Positions 18,600-27,841 of a stretch of 61,212 nucleotides of DNA are shown piece after piece (the first letter of the stretch is position 1; every line of letters begins with the position of its first letter). The stretch spans positions 1 through 61,212 of the forward strand of contig JAGRAO010000001.1 of the NCBI GenBank assembly GCA_020434565.1. Direction: 5' to 3'. This DNA is from Bdellovibrionales bacterium. GTDB taxonomy: Bacteria; Bdellovibrionota_C; UBA2361; RFPC01. The notes under the pieces were generated by a model, which was not told the origin of the DNA, made no database searches, and saw only the letters and a list, made by a program, of their open reading frames with translations. Made by a program: the position numbers and the translations under genes.

Positions 18600-19457
18600 A
18601 TGCGGCATTCAGCTTTTGCACATCTCCAAAAGATTGAGGTTCAGGACCACCTGAGCTTGAGCGATCTTCGCCAAAGGGTTGGGTCGGCCAAGGCTTCAGT
18701 TCGAACGAGCCCACATCTGCTCGCACTCTTGAGTCTCGTTAGTGCTCTTGGCCTTTGCACAGTGGTGCTGCTTGCAAACACATTCGTGATTCCCCTTCCG
18801 GGTATCTTGAGCGGAGACTCAAGCGCCTTCTCGGAACAATTTGTGACCCCTAACTCCTACCGAGAGCGCTATCTTCAGAACTTAGAAGCGGAACAGAAAC
18901 GAGAGCTCGCCAAAAGTGTTCATTTCCTTAGTGGAATAATAGCCTCTGAAAACCCACGCGTGGCGAGTAAGTCCAAAGAAATCGCGTATCTGATTGCCTC
19001 CGAGAGTAGGGCCGCAAACATCGATCCGATTCTCGTAGCGGCAGTCGTAAAGTCTGAGAGCACATTTAAAGAGAATGCCCGTTCCCACGTGGGGGCTCTC
19101 GGGTTTATGCAGGTCATGCCCCAAACTGGTCAGTTTGTCTCGAAGGTGTTTGGCCTCCCTTGGAAGGGAAAATCGGTTCTCTTAAACGATGGTCGATACA
19201 ACTTAACCCTTGGAATAGCCTACCTGCAGTACCTTCTCGATAAGTACGATGGAGATTTCAAGACAGCTCTCTGGGCTTACAACTGGGGGCCATCGAATGT
19301 TCAACGGCTCGACGCCGGAGAAGCTCAGCTCCCATCAGTCACAAAACACTATGCCAAAACGATCTTGGCAGACTTTTCAAAATGGAAACAAGCGTTTGCC
19401 CAACGCCAAACACAGTACAAATTCTTTAATGCCAGCTATCTCGGAAAGAAACTCTAG
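18600..19457 (+). CDS. Membrane-anchored lytic transglycosylase (SLT domain)
   Basis: One N-terminal TM segment. The SLT catalytic region reads VVKSESTFKENARSHVGALGFMQVMPQTG, and AYNWGPSNV is also present. Confidence 0.8.
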   Translation: MRHSAFAHLQKIEVQDHLSLSDLRQRVGSAKASVRTSPHLLALLSLVSALGLCTVVLLANTFVIPLPGILSGDSSAFSEQFVTPNSYRERYLQNLEAEQKRELAKSVHFLSGIIASENPRVASKSKEIAYLIASESRAANIDPILVAAVVKSESTFKENARSHVGALGFMQVMPQTGQFVSKVFGLPWKGKSVLLNDGRYNLTLGIAYLQYLLDKYDGDFKTALWAYNWGPSNVQRLDAGEAQLPSVTKHYAKTILADFSKWKQAFAQRQTQYKFFNASYLGKKL

Positions 19458-19520
19458 CTTGACGTTGAACGATCCACAGTCAAACTCAAGGTTCAGGAAC
19501 TGTATCTTCACATTTTCGCT

Positions 19521-19748
19521 ATGACTGAAAATCCTCCGTGGGAAAAGCTCCATGACCAGGCTTGTATGTGTGGAGAGGAGAGCTATATCGATCCAGAAAC
19601 TGGATACAGCGTTTTTACCAGTGTCTTCCACTTGTCGCGAGGGTATTGTTGTGGCTCAGGCTGCCGCCATTGCCCCTACGACGAGAAGAGTGAATCGCCT
19701 TATGAGGCCTCACATCAAACAACTAAGACAAAACGGAGAAAAGAATGA
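19521..19748 (+). CDS. Small Cys-rich protein, DUF5522-like
   Basis: CMCGEESYIDPETGYSVFTSVFHLSRGYCCGSGCRHCPY carries the C-terminal CCxxGCRHCPY signature. The stop overlaps the next start (ATGA). Confidence 0.6.
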   Translation: MTENPPWEKLHDQACMCGEESYIDPETGYSVFTSVFHLSRGYCCGSGCRHCPYDEKSESPYEASHQTTKTKRRKE

Positions 19749-20605
19749 TTCGAAAGCTCTTCACATTGGTCATCTGCTGCTTGCTAGTCGCCAGTTGCAC
19801 AAAGGGAGGCGGCTCTTCCGATGACGACAACAACTCGGGAAGTGGTTCTGGTGGCTCGACCGAGGGAGCTGCTGGAGAGAGAAACTTTACTACAGAGTGC
19901 GGGACGGTCATTGGTGAAAATCTCAGAAATCCCGCAAACGAACGCGAAGGGGTTGACGTCACGATCACCTCGATTGCAAGCCACAACGTTGTGATAGTTT
20001 CCCGTGATGGAGGTCAGCAGCTTGTGCGACTGCGCGGAATGCGGAACGACATTCCAGATTTCCAAAAAACTCGAGCTCTCAATCTTGCACGTCAGTTCTT
20101 AGGGAGTGCTATTCTTTTTACTGACGGCTGCGCTACAACTGTCTCTGGCGGCGGCGAAGGAGTCGTTGGTGAACTCTTTCGCGCGTCCGATGGTACAAGC
20201 CTTTCAGAATTTCTGATTCTCAATAATGCGGGAGACGGAGACGCCACTGGGTCCTGCGGTGAAAACCTCGTCGGAGTGTGCCTCGCTGCACTAGCGGAAG
20301 AAGTTCAACCTGAAACCGGCGCGACCGTAAGTAACTTTCTCTGGAAGCCCCAGTCAGATAAAGACGGCAATCTCGTTGTTCTTTTGAATCCATTCGGAGC
20401 AACTATAGTCGTTAACGGAGTAACTTTGAATAGCGTTGGGCCGAGCAACGGACGCGGCACCACTGCTCGCGCAAATCGTTCTGGAGGGTCCTTCGGAGTA
20501 AATGTGAAGATTCAAGCGTTTGATAGACAGGGTCGCTTTCTCGTTTGGCCTGGTGGAGTCACTGAATACACAATACCGAACGGTTCTCAGAGACTTGAGT
20601 TTTAG
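19745..20605 (+). CDS. Hypothetical lipoprotein
   Basis: A lipobox LLVASC follows a basic N-terminus. A Gly/Ser/Asp linker (GGGSSDDDNNSGSGSGGS) comes next. No family was recognised. Confidence 0.6.
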   Translation: MIRKLFTLVICCLLVASCTKGGGSSDDDNNSGSGSGGSTEGAAGERNFTTECGTVIGENLRNPANEREGVDVTITSIASHNVVIVSRDGGQQLVRLRGMRNDIPDFQKTRALNLARQFLGSAILFTDGCATTVSGGGEGVVGELFRASDGTSLSEFLILNNAGDGDATGSCGENLVGVCLAALAEEVQPETGATVSNFLWKPQSDKDGNLVVLLNPFGATIVVNGVTLNSVGPSNGRGTTARANRSGGSFGVNVKIQAFDRQGRFLVWPGGVTEYTIPNGSQRLEF

Positions 20606-20840
20606 AAAAACCCGTACCGGATACTGAAAACTCGACGACGAGAGTTGCGGCCCTGTAGCGAGGCAGCAGGGTGTATTTTTGGAACGCCTTCTCGAGCTTT
20701 GGAGAGAGAGGAGGATCGTTTCCACATTCTCAATCCTCGTGCTCGTGTTCAGTTCAGGAAGAAGAAGAAGCCAGGGATGGAGACTCGAAACAGGGAAGGC
20801 GTTAGTTCCAGAAAAGTTTCATTTTAATGACTTCCAACCA

Positions 20841-20892
20841 CACGATCTCTCAACTACACGATCTCTCAACTACACGATCTCTCGACTCCACG
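20841..20892. repeat. 16-bp tandem repeat, 3.25 copies (CACGATCTCTCAACTA x2, CACGATCTCTCGACTC, CACG)
   Basis: Read directly from the sequence. Copy 3 encodes the last residues of rnhA (WSREIV). The end of copy 2 supplies the TAG stop (20870-20872). Confidence 0.9.
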
Positions 20893-21367
20893 CTGTGGCG
20901 AGGGAATCTGCGTACTCGTTCCAAAGATCTCCATTGTGGGCTTTCACCCACTGCAGCTTTACCCCTGGTCGCTTCTTGGCAAGAGAGTAGAGCTGCTGGA
21001 CCAAATCGAGGTTCTTAATTGGGCCTGTCTTGCGTTTCCAACCTCGCTTTTCCCACGCAGAGGCCCATTCGTTTATAGTTTGAACACAGAGGTTACTATC
21101 CGAGTACACGGTGATAACGGCATCTGGGCTGAGCGATTTCAACGCTTCAATGAGTGCGGTTAACTCCATCCGGTTGTTGGTCGTAGACGCATCATGGCCG
21201 TACCCTTGGTGCACAATCTGTCCTTTTTCAACATGAACAAAGCCCCAACCTCCTGGGCCAGGATTCGGACTTGCGCCACCATCGGTAAACACTCCTGTGT
21301 CTGGACCTGAATGAAATTTCTCCAAAACCTCTGACAACGTAAGAGAACCAGAACCGTTCTGTGCCAT
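20870..21367 (-). CDS. rnhA: Ribonuclease HI
   Basis: TDGGASPNPGPGGWG, NNRMELTALIEAL, YSDSNLCVQTINEW and VKAHNGDLWNEYADSLA together contain the DEDD catalytic residues. Confidence 0.9.
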   Translation of the reverse strand: MAQNGSGSLTLSEVLEKFHSGPDTGVFTDGGASPNPGPGGWGFVHVEKGQIVHQGYGHDASTTNNRMELTALIEALKSLSPDAVITVYSDSNLCVQTINEWASAWEKRGWKRKTGPIKNLDLVQQLYSLAKKRPGVKLQWVKAHNGDLWNEYADSLATAWSREIV

Positions 21368-21420
21368 AAAAACTCTTTACAATATTCCGCTCACTCTCCA
21401 TCGAGAGGAAAAAAGCATTC

Positions 21421-21975
21421 CTAATCTGAGTGATATCGAACGCACTCTCGTCGACAAAAGCCGTCCCGCTCGGGAACAAACGTGGTACATGTTTTCATTT
21501 CGCCGCCATAGACATGTAACGTGTAAGCCGGAATATCCGCCGAGGCATTTTGCATTCGGTGGTACTCAAGGGGTGGTATGAGATGGCCTGTCTCGCCCTT
21601 GCCAGCAACGATCGTTTCATGCTCCGCAAACATCACTCTCCCGGCATCATCGACTTCTTTGGGATCATATCGAGTGATTTTCATCTCACCGCGTAAAACA
21701 CACTCAACACACCACAAGCGATCGTGATCGTGTATCGGCCCTCCTTGCCCCGGGGCCCACGCCATCAATATCACGGAATATGCTCGATCCTCTGGGAGAG
21801 CAAGACAGTAGCGAGCATATCGGTCGTCCCTTGTTCTTTCCTTCTCGCCAGGAATCTCAACTTCGCAGGAGCCGAGTTGCGAAAGGAGCCGCTCAACAGC
21901 CGGAACCACTTCGTTACTGGGAGATGAACGAACAAGACCATCAAGCTCCTTCAAAAAGTCATCCAAGGTTTTCAT
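21421..21975 (-). CDS. Cysteine dioxygenase type I-like cupin protein
   Basis: The cupin metal motif GPIHDHDRLWCVECVLRGEM is present, with a later HVYGG. Length is 184 aa. Confidence 0.6.
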   Translation of the reverse strand: MKTLDDFLKELDGLVRSSPSNEVVPAVERLLSQLGSCEVEIPGEKERTRDDRYARYCLALPEDRAYSVILMAWAPGQGGPIHDHDRLWCVECVLRGEMKITRYDPKEVDDAGRVMFAEHETIVAGKGETGHLIPPLEYHRMQNASADIPAYTLHVYGGEMKTCTTFVPERDGFCRRECVRYHSD

Positions 21976-22150
21976 GACAACTCCTCGCTTTCGGGAAACT
22001 TCGCGAGACTATCTTACTCTCCGTCGTGTTTCCAGAAGAGATTCACCTGCGCACTTTAAGACTCTCTGTGCTGAGAGGATTTAGAGAAGATTCCTCTTTG
22101 AAGAGCGAGGCTCGACTTCCCACTATTTCCACCCAAACGACACAGCGGGA

Positions 22151-22771
22151 GTGGCTCTCACCGAAATTACCGCTATACTGGGGAGTATGACAGAAGTCCT
22201 TCTCATCATACTCGCCCTGATCGGAGCGTTCCTGATATTTTGGATACTGAAATCTGTTCTCACTGCTCTGCCCATCCCTGGCCTGAAGCGAGGATTTTTC
22301 GAACGTTGGAAGCTTCGACGAAGTCAACGAGTCCTCGGAGAGATCGACAAGCTGATTGATCAACAGGAATATGCGAGGGCGATACAGCTTTTTCCTTCGT
22401 GTCTCTATCTTGACCTCGTTCGCTCTGATTCTGACCTGATCGGACGAGTGGGGGCCCATCATGTTGCGGTACTGAATAAGACTATTCTTCTCTCTGATCT
22501 TATGGAGCGCCCTCTCTCAGATCTCGCCATCCTCGAAGATCTTTTGAATACCCGTATACAACTCCTTCGAGCCTGGTTTGAACTCCGTGGTCAACGCCAG
22601 GGCGCTTCGCGAAAGAGCGCTCCAAAATGGGCTCGAGAGGAATTTCGGAAAAAAGAGGACGAGATATCGTCAAAGTTGCAGCTCAACGCTTCAACTGTTC
22701 TGACTCAGTTTGAACGATCTCTTGAAGCAGTGGCAAAGGAAGGCGGCTCTCAGTCCGTTACGTACCATTGA
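22151..22771 (+). CDS. Hypothetical single-pass membrane protein
   Basis: N-terminal TM segment VLLIILALIGAFLIFWIL followed by a helical soluble region. No family was recognised. Confidence 0.45.
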   Translation: MALTEITAILGSMTEVLLIILALIGAFLIFWILKSVLTALPIPGLKRGFFERWKLRRSQRVLGEIDKLIDQQEYARAIQLFPSCLYLDLVRSDSDLIGRVGAHHVAVLNKTILLSDLMERPLSDLAILEDLLNTRIQLLRAWFELRGQRQGASRKSAPKWAREEFRKKEDEISSKLQLNASTVLTQFERSLEAVAKEGGSQSVTYH

Positions 22772-22777
22772 GCTCCA

Positions 22778-23530
22778 ATGAATGATTCACCGGGTTCACC
22801 GACTCACAAAAAGCTCTTCTATATCCACGAAACGCCCTCTCTGCTTTTCATCCTCAAGCCTGCGATGGTTCATTCAGTAAGAAGGGGAAGGGGGCCTTCG
22901 AAAAGCCTATCCGCGATTGACTGTCTTGAGAAGCAATACCTTTGGGCGAAAAGTGTTCGTCCGAACACTTCCGACGGATGCCTCTGTAATCGTCTCGACT
23001 TTTCCACCAGCGGGATCTTAATAGCCGCAAAATCAGATCAGATTTGGGAGAAAGTGCGTGAGCAATTCTCTCACAAAGAGATTAAAAAGAAGTACCGCTG
23101 CCTTGTCGACGGCCATCTTGACCAGCCAAGAGAAATACAAGCTTTTCTTGGCAATCGCTACAAAAACTCCAAGAAGGTGACCGTATTTCCCCCATCTTCA
23201 AATCAAGGGATCCTGACAACGTCAAGCGTAACACCGATCGAACATTCTCAAGAATTTCACTGCACCCTGGTAGAAGTGACAACATCTTCGGGTGCACGCC
23301 ACCAGGTCAGAGCACACCTCGCCCATATACGACACCCTCTTTCTGGCGACAAGCTTTACGGATCGTTATCCACTCTTGAGAACACATGCCCTAGACTCCT
23401 TCGCAAAGATTCCGAACAAGATCGGATGTTCTACCTCGAAGCGTTTGAGGTAGAAATGACGGATCCCCAATCAACTGAAAGGCTCAAGGTAACCTTGAAA
23501 GATTGTGAGTCTGTCTTTGCGACGTCTTAG
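22778..23530 (+). CDS. RluA-family pseudouridine synthase (short form, no S4 domain)
   Basis: The catalytic-loop variant CNRLDFSTSGILIAAKS corresponds to the canonical HRLD..TSG. SGARHQVRAHLAHIRHPLSGDKLYG corresponds to G..HQIR.H....G.P..GD..YG. Confidence 0.7.
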   Translation: MNDSPGSPTHKKLFYIHETPSLLFILKPAMVHSVRRGRGPSKSLSAIDCLEKQYLWAKSVRPNTSDGCLCNRLDFSTSGILIAAKSDQIWEKVREQFSHKEIKKKYRCLVDGHLDQPREIQAFLGNRYKNSKKVTVFPPSSNQGILTTSSVTPIEHSQEFHCTLVEVTTSSGARHQVRAHLAHIRHPLSGDKLYGSLSTLENTCPRLLRKDSEQDRMFYLEAFEVEMTDPQSTERLKVTLKDCESVFATS

Positions 23531-23543
23531 CGCCAAGCTCTCT

Positions 23544-25214
23544 TTACCGAGAACCTCTCCGTTGAAAGGCGAAGAGTTGATTTGAGGTCTTTTTCTCAAG
23601 CACTTCAGAGATGAGGGCATTGAGACATGCAGTTTTCCCATTTGAAATACGGCAATCAGCTGCACTGGCCCGCTCACCCGAGCCTGAGATCGGTCGAGCG
23701 AGAAAGTAACCATCCGACCGATGCACCACTTCCACTTCGATGATTTCCGAAGTAAGAGAACGTTTCCATTGAAGTCGCTCAACATACTCCGCTCCAGCAC
23801 AAGAAGCGCGGTGCTCGGGGTCCTTCTTACGAAGAGCGCGAAGCTGCTCAAGACAAGCGGGAGAAAACTCTCGCCCAACAAAGTGTATGTCTACCGGGGC
23901 TTCAACGAACGGACTCAAACAAAGAAGCCAGCGATGAAAATTGAGATTCGTCTCAATCCCCTCAATTTCATAATCAGAAAGTATCATTCGGAGCTGCTCA
24001 AGTGCTTCTTTTCGATCGCGACCTTTGACAATGAGCTTTGAAAGCATCGCGTCGTAGTACGGGGAAACGACGGTTCCTTCTTCAAGAGAGTGATCCTCCC
24101 GTAAGAACTCACATTCAGGGCGGTCTATCTTTGTGACAGTACCCAGAGATGGTCTAAAATCTTGAGCTGGATCTTCAGCGTAAACTCGCAATTCGATGCT
24201 GTGACCGTCGAAATGAACATCCGACTGTTGAAACGGGAGCTTTTCACCCTGAGCAACTCGGATTTGTAAGCTTACGAGATCGGTAGCCGTTACTTCTTCA
24301 GTAACCGGATGTTCAACTTGGATCCTTGTATTCATTTCCAAGAAGAAAAACTCCTCTCCCTTGACTAGAAGCTCTACAGTTCCAGCACTGTCATATCCGA
24401 CACTTTTAGCAGCGTTTATCGCAGCAACGTGAATCTTCGATCGAACTTCCTCACTCAAAAATGGCGCTGGGGCTTCCTCAATAAGCTTCTGATGCCGCCT
24501 TTGTGTCGAGCAGTCACGAGTTCCAAGATGGATAAGATTTCCGTGTGAATCACCCAAAACCTGGACTTCAACATGGCGAGGCTTCTCGATATAGCGCTCA
24601 AGAAACACATCTTCATTTGCAAAGTTCTTTTTGGATTCTGCCCGAGCTCGCGGGAGGAGAGATTTTAGCTCTTCGAGCGATTGCACAACGCGCATACCGC
24701 GACCTCCTCCCCCTCCCACTGCCTTAATCAAGAGAGGAAATGCCAGGTTGTTCGCTGCCGAGAGGAGTTCTTCGTCCGAAAGCCCGCCTGCTGTGCCAGG
24801 GACAACCGGAACGTTGTGCTTCTGGACGATCTTTCGAGCTTCGGTTTTACTCCCCATTATCGATATGGCTCTTGGATTCGGGCCAATAAAGACTAACCCT
24901 GCGTCCAAGACTCGCTGACTGAACTCGCTATTTTCAGAAAGAAATCCGTAACCTGGATGAATGCTGTCACATTTAAATTTTCGAGCGAGTTCAAGAATCG
25001 CATCAATGTTGAGATAGGTATCAAAAGGAGAAGAGCCCGGAAGGGGAGCAACCTCTTGGGCTAATCGAGCAAAGAGCCCAGACCTGTCGGCATCTGAGAC
25101 GGTTACCGCCGAAGCAATTCCGAGTGCATCACAACTTCGCTGTATTCGAGACGCAATCTCCCCTCGATTCGCAATGAGCACTTTTTTTATCTTCGGCATC
25201 GGGTATCTCCCCAT
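23544..25214 (-). CDS. accC: Biotin carboxylase (ATP-grasp, AccC-like) with about 100-aa C-terminal extension
   Basis: KKVLIANRGEIASRI, GYGFLSEN, KAVGGGGGRGMRVV and FLEMNTRIQVEHPVTE are present. The BC fold ends near IHFVGREF. The tail that follows has no biotinyl (AMKM) motif. Confidence 0.85.
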   Translation of the reverse strand: MGRYPMPKIKKVLIANRGEIASRIQRSCDALGIASAVTVSDADRSGLFARLAQEVAPLPGSSPFDTYLNIDAILELARKFKCDSIHPGYGFLSENSEFSQRVLDAGLVFIGPNPRAISIMGSKTEARKIVQKHNVPVVPGTAGGLSDEELLSAANNLAFPLLIKAVGGGGGRGMRVVQSLEELKSLLPRARAESKKNFANEDVFLERYIEKPRHVEVQVLGDSHGNLIHLGTRDCSTQRRHQKLIEEAPAPFLSEEVRSKIHVAAINAAKSVGYDSAGTVELLVKGEEFFFLEMNTRIQVEHPVTEEVTATDLVSLQIRVAQGEKLPFQQSDVHFDGHSIELRVYAEDPAQDFRPSLGTVTKIDRPECEFLREDHSLEEGTVVSPYYDAMLSKLIVKGRDRKEALEQLRMILSDYEIEGIETNLNFHRWLLCLSPFVEAPVDIHFVGREFSPACLEQLRALRKKDPEHRASCAGAEYVERLQWKRSLTSEIIEVEVVHRSDGYFLARPISGSGERASAADCRISNGKTACLNALISEVLEKKTSNQLFAFQRRGSR

Positions 25215-25633
25215 TCGGATCTCTCATGTTGACCGAGAACACAAACGATATCACCTCAACGGCCCATTACAATCTGTGGATGGCGTAGGGAGCGTGTCCT
25301 GAAAGTTACAATAAAGTAACCCGCCAATTCAGGAGCGGGAATATCTCGGGCGAAGAGACAAATGCCTGAAAAGAGAGTGAATTCCGCGAAGCGCTCATGC
25401 GCATTACACCGTTTTCTTCTTGTCCGGGCGAGAGAATTTTTGATTCCTTATGACATGAGGCCATTTCTATTGTGCCAAACTGGAGAACTGGTGTACGAAC
25501 CAAAGCTGTCGTGAAAAGCCCAGATTCTGGGACTGCTTTTGTGACTCTATGCTCAAGAGGTTTGAAAATTTCAAGCGGAACATCCTTTGGGCATCTGGAG
25601 TCGAGTGTTTGATTGAGAAGAGAGAGAAAAAAA

Positions 25634-26575
25634 ATGGCAGAACCAACAAAAAAACGCGTCATTATCCTTGGATCTGGACCTGCCGGTCTCACGGCAGCGG
25701 TGTATACCGCTCGCGCAAATTTGGAGCCTCTTCTTATTCATGGCCCTCTCCCGGGAGGTCAGCTGACGACAACCACTGATGTGGAAAACTATCCTGGTTT
25801 CCCCGAGGGCATCATGGGGCCAGACCTCATGCAGAACATGGAGAAACAAGCAAAGCGATTTGGAACTGAGATTGTCGTTGACACAGTCATCGAGGCAGAC
25901 CTCCGATCAAGACCATTCACACTCAAAACCAACTCCTTTGAGTTTCAGTGTGATGCCCTAATCGTGGCTACGGGAGCTGCACCAAAATACCTTGGGGTTC
26001 CTGGAGAAAAAGAGTTGCTCGGTTTCGGAGTATCGACGTGTGCGACCTGTGATGGTGCATTTTTTCGAAACAAGGTGATCACCGTCGTTGGTGGAGGAGA
26101 TTCAGCCTGTGAAGAAGCAAGTTTTCTCACAAAATTTGGATCAAAAGTTTACATGGTCCACCGACGTGACGAGCTTCGAGCATCGAAAATTATGAGAGAA
26201 CGAGTCCTGTCGAACCCGAAGATTGAAATGATCTGGAACATGCAGCTCAAAGAGGTCCGTGGTTCTAAAAAGGACGGCGTAACCTCCGCTGTCTTAACGC
26301 ACTCTTCAAGCGGGGAAGAGAAAGAAATTGAAACAAGCGCAGTGTTCATTGCGATTGGGCACACTCCGAATTCGCAACTCTTTCAAGGAGTTCTCGATAT
26401 GGAAGACTCCGGATATCTTGTCGTTAAGCCGAACTCAACCAGAACAAACGTTGAGGGGGTTTTTGCTTGTGGCGACGTTCAAGACCACGTATTTCGACAA
26501 GCAATCACGGCCGCTGGAACTGGGTGTATGGCCGCGATTGAAACCGAACGGTGGCTCGAGGCGCAGCATAGCTAG
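25634..26575 (+). CDS. trxB: Thioredoxin reductase
   Basis: VIILGSGPAGLTAAVY, the redox-active CATCDG and VVGGGDSACEEA are present. The ATG at 25634 is preceded by a purine-rich tract. Confidence 0.9.
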   Translation: MAEPTKKRVIILGSGPAGLTAAVYTARANLEPLLIHGPLPGGQLTTTTDVENYPGFPEGIMGPDLMQNMEKQAKRFGTEIVVDTVIEADLRSRPFTLKTNSFEFQCDALIVATGAAPKYLGVPGEKELLGFGVSTCATCDGAFFRNKVITVVGGGDSACEEASFLTKFGSKVYMVHRRDELRASKIMRERVLSNPKIEMIWNMQLKEVRGSKKDGVTSAVLTHSSSGEEKEIETSAVFIAIGHTPNSQLFQGVLDMEDSGYLVVKPNSTRTNVEGVFACGDVQDHVFRQAITAAGTGCMAAIETERWLEAQHS

Positions 26576-26655
26576 TGTCTCTTCACTCTCAAAAGTAGGG
26601 GACGCCGACCGAAGAATTCCGCCTCGTCGCAGCCCAGAGTTCTTCTTGAAAAAGA

Positions 26656-26696
26656 AAAAGCGGCAGCTCCCGAAAAAATGGGAACAGCCGCTTTTT
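26656..26696. terminator. Bidirectional rho-independent terminator between convergent trxB and atpE
   Basis: AAAAAGCGGCAGCTCCC-gaaaaaat-GGGAACAGCCGCTTTTT forms a GC-rich stem. It is flanked by an A-run and a T-run. Confidence 0.7.
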
Positions 26697-26763
26697 ACGT
26701 CTACCGCTTGTTAGACTTTCGCTCTCAGAGCCTCCTCGCAAGAGAGAGCTCTCTGCAGAAGGC

Positions 26764-27066
26764 CTACAGAAGCGAAAACGCGATAACGAAAGAGAGAATT
26801 ACCAACGACTCAATAAGAGCGAGTCCGATAATCATCGGGTTGAACACCTTTCCAGCAGCAGATGGATTACGTCCAACTGAATCTAATGCTGAAGAAACTG
26901 CACGTCCCTGGCCAAGCGCTCCACCGAGGGCTGCGATTCCCATGCAAATCCCCGCTGCGAGTTTTCCGAGGCCAATATCCGCTACGCCATCAGCAGCAAA
27001 CGCCGGCTCGACTACAAACGCCGATGCTACCAATGCAGCGACGATCAAGCTGATATTCTTCTTCAT
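26764..27066 (-). CDS. atpE: F0F1 ATP synthase subunit c
   Basis: The hairpin core is GIAALGGALGQGRAV...GRNPSAAG...IGLALIESLVILSF, with the carboxylate Glu in helix 2. The start is set at MKKNISL (ATG 27066). An N-terminal hydrophobic extension ends in AFA-AD. Confidence 0.85.
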   Translation of the reverse strand: MKKNISLIVAALVASAFVVEPAFAADGVADIGLGKLAAGICMGIAALGGALGQGRAVSSALDSVGRNPSAAGKVFNPMIIGLALIESLVILSFVIAFSLL

Positions 27067-27097
27067 GTCCGTTTCTCCGTCCTTATGGTTAAGAGTT

Positions 27098-27841
27098 TTA
27101 GTGCTCCTCTCCATGCTCAGTGGCAAGGAGAATGTACACCATCGTTAAAGTTGTAAAGATGAAAGCCTGCATGAAAGCGACAAAGAGCCCGATTCCGTAA
27201 AACGGAAAGGCAAGTGCCCCATAAATCGGGAAAAATTCAATATTCATGATCTTTGTAAAAACGGATAACACGATGTGATCAGCTGAAATGTTCCAATACA
27301 ACCTAAGATTGAGAGTGAGTATCCTCAAACAGGTGCTGAGAATTTCGAGAACGAAGATGAGTGGGGCAATCCACCAAACAGGCCCCATAAAATGTTTCAA
27401 GTAACCTGCGACTCCGTGCTCTCGGACTCCGTTCCAGTTGAAATGAATAAACACAACTAAAGCCATACCGACGTTCAACCAAACTGTCGTCGTAGCAGCC
27501 GGCATACCGGGGATCAGGCCGAGAAGGTTAAGGGAAAAAATGAAGAAGAAAATCGAGGCAGTAAACGGAATGTGTTTTCGGTTCGCCTTCCCCACTACCG
27601 AGTCGTGGTATTTGACAAAAGTTTCCATGAGAAGGTCGAAAAACCAAAAGGTGTTTATCTTCTTTGGGGGAATGAGTGCATCTTTAGAGGTCTGAGCGAG
27701 CTGAAAATGCCGTCGAAACGCCACTCCGAGCGCGACGAAGAAAAGCGCTACAAGTGTAGCAATGACCATCTTCTGGGAGCCGGTAGCGATCTCTGAAACG
27801 GGTTCAATGACTCCATCGAGGTAGGTGTAATGTGATTCCAT
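27098..27841 (-). CDS. atpB: F0F1 ATP synthase subunit a
   Basis: The protein is polytopic. The conserved-Arg helix reads LTLNLRLYWNISADH, against canonical LSLRLFGNM.AGH. It lies directly upstream of atpE. Confidence 0.8.
   Translation of the reverse strand: MESHYTYLDGVIEPVSEIATGSQKMVIATLVALFFVALGVAFRRHFQLAQTSKDALIPPKKINTFWFFDLLMETFVKYHDSVVGKANRKHIPFTASIFFFIFSLNLLGLIPGMPAATTTVWLNVGMALVVFIHFNWNGVREHGVAGYLKHFMGPVWWIAPLIFVLEILSTCLRILTLNLRLYWNISADHIVLSVFTKIMNIEFFPIYGALAFPFYGIGLFVAFMQAFIFTTLTMVYILLATEHGEEH

Noticed and set aside
19745-20605. Possible staphylococcal-nuclease-like segment in the lipoprotein (VVIVSRDGGQQLVRLRGMRNDIPD resembles the VRL.GIDAPE region).
   Set aside because: The catalytic Asp/Glu/Arg pattern is not preserved and the similarity covers only about 20 residues. 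This is too weak to call.
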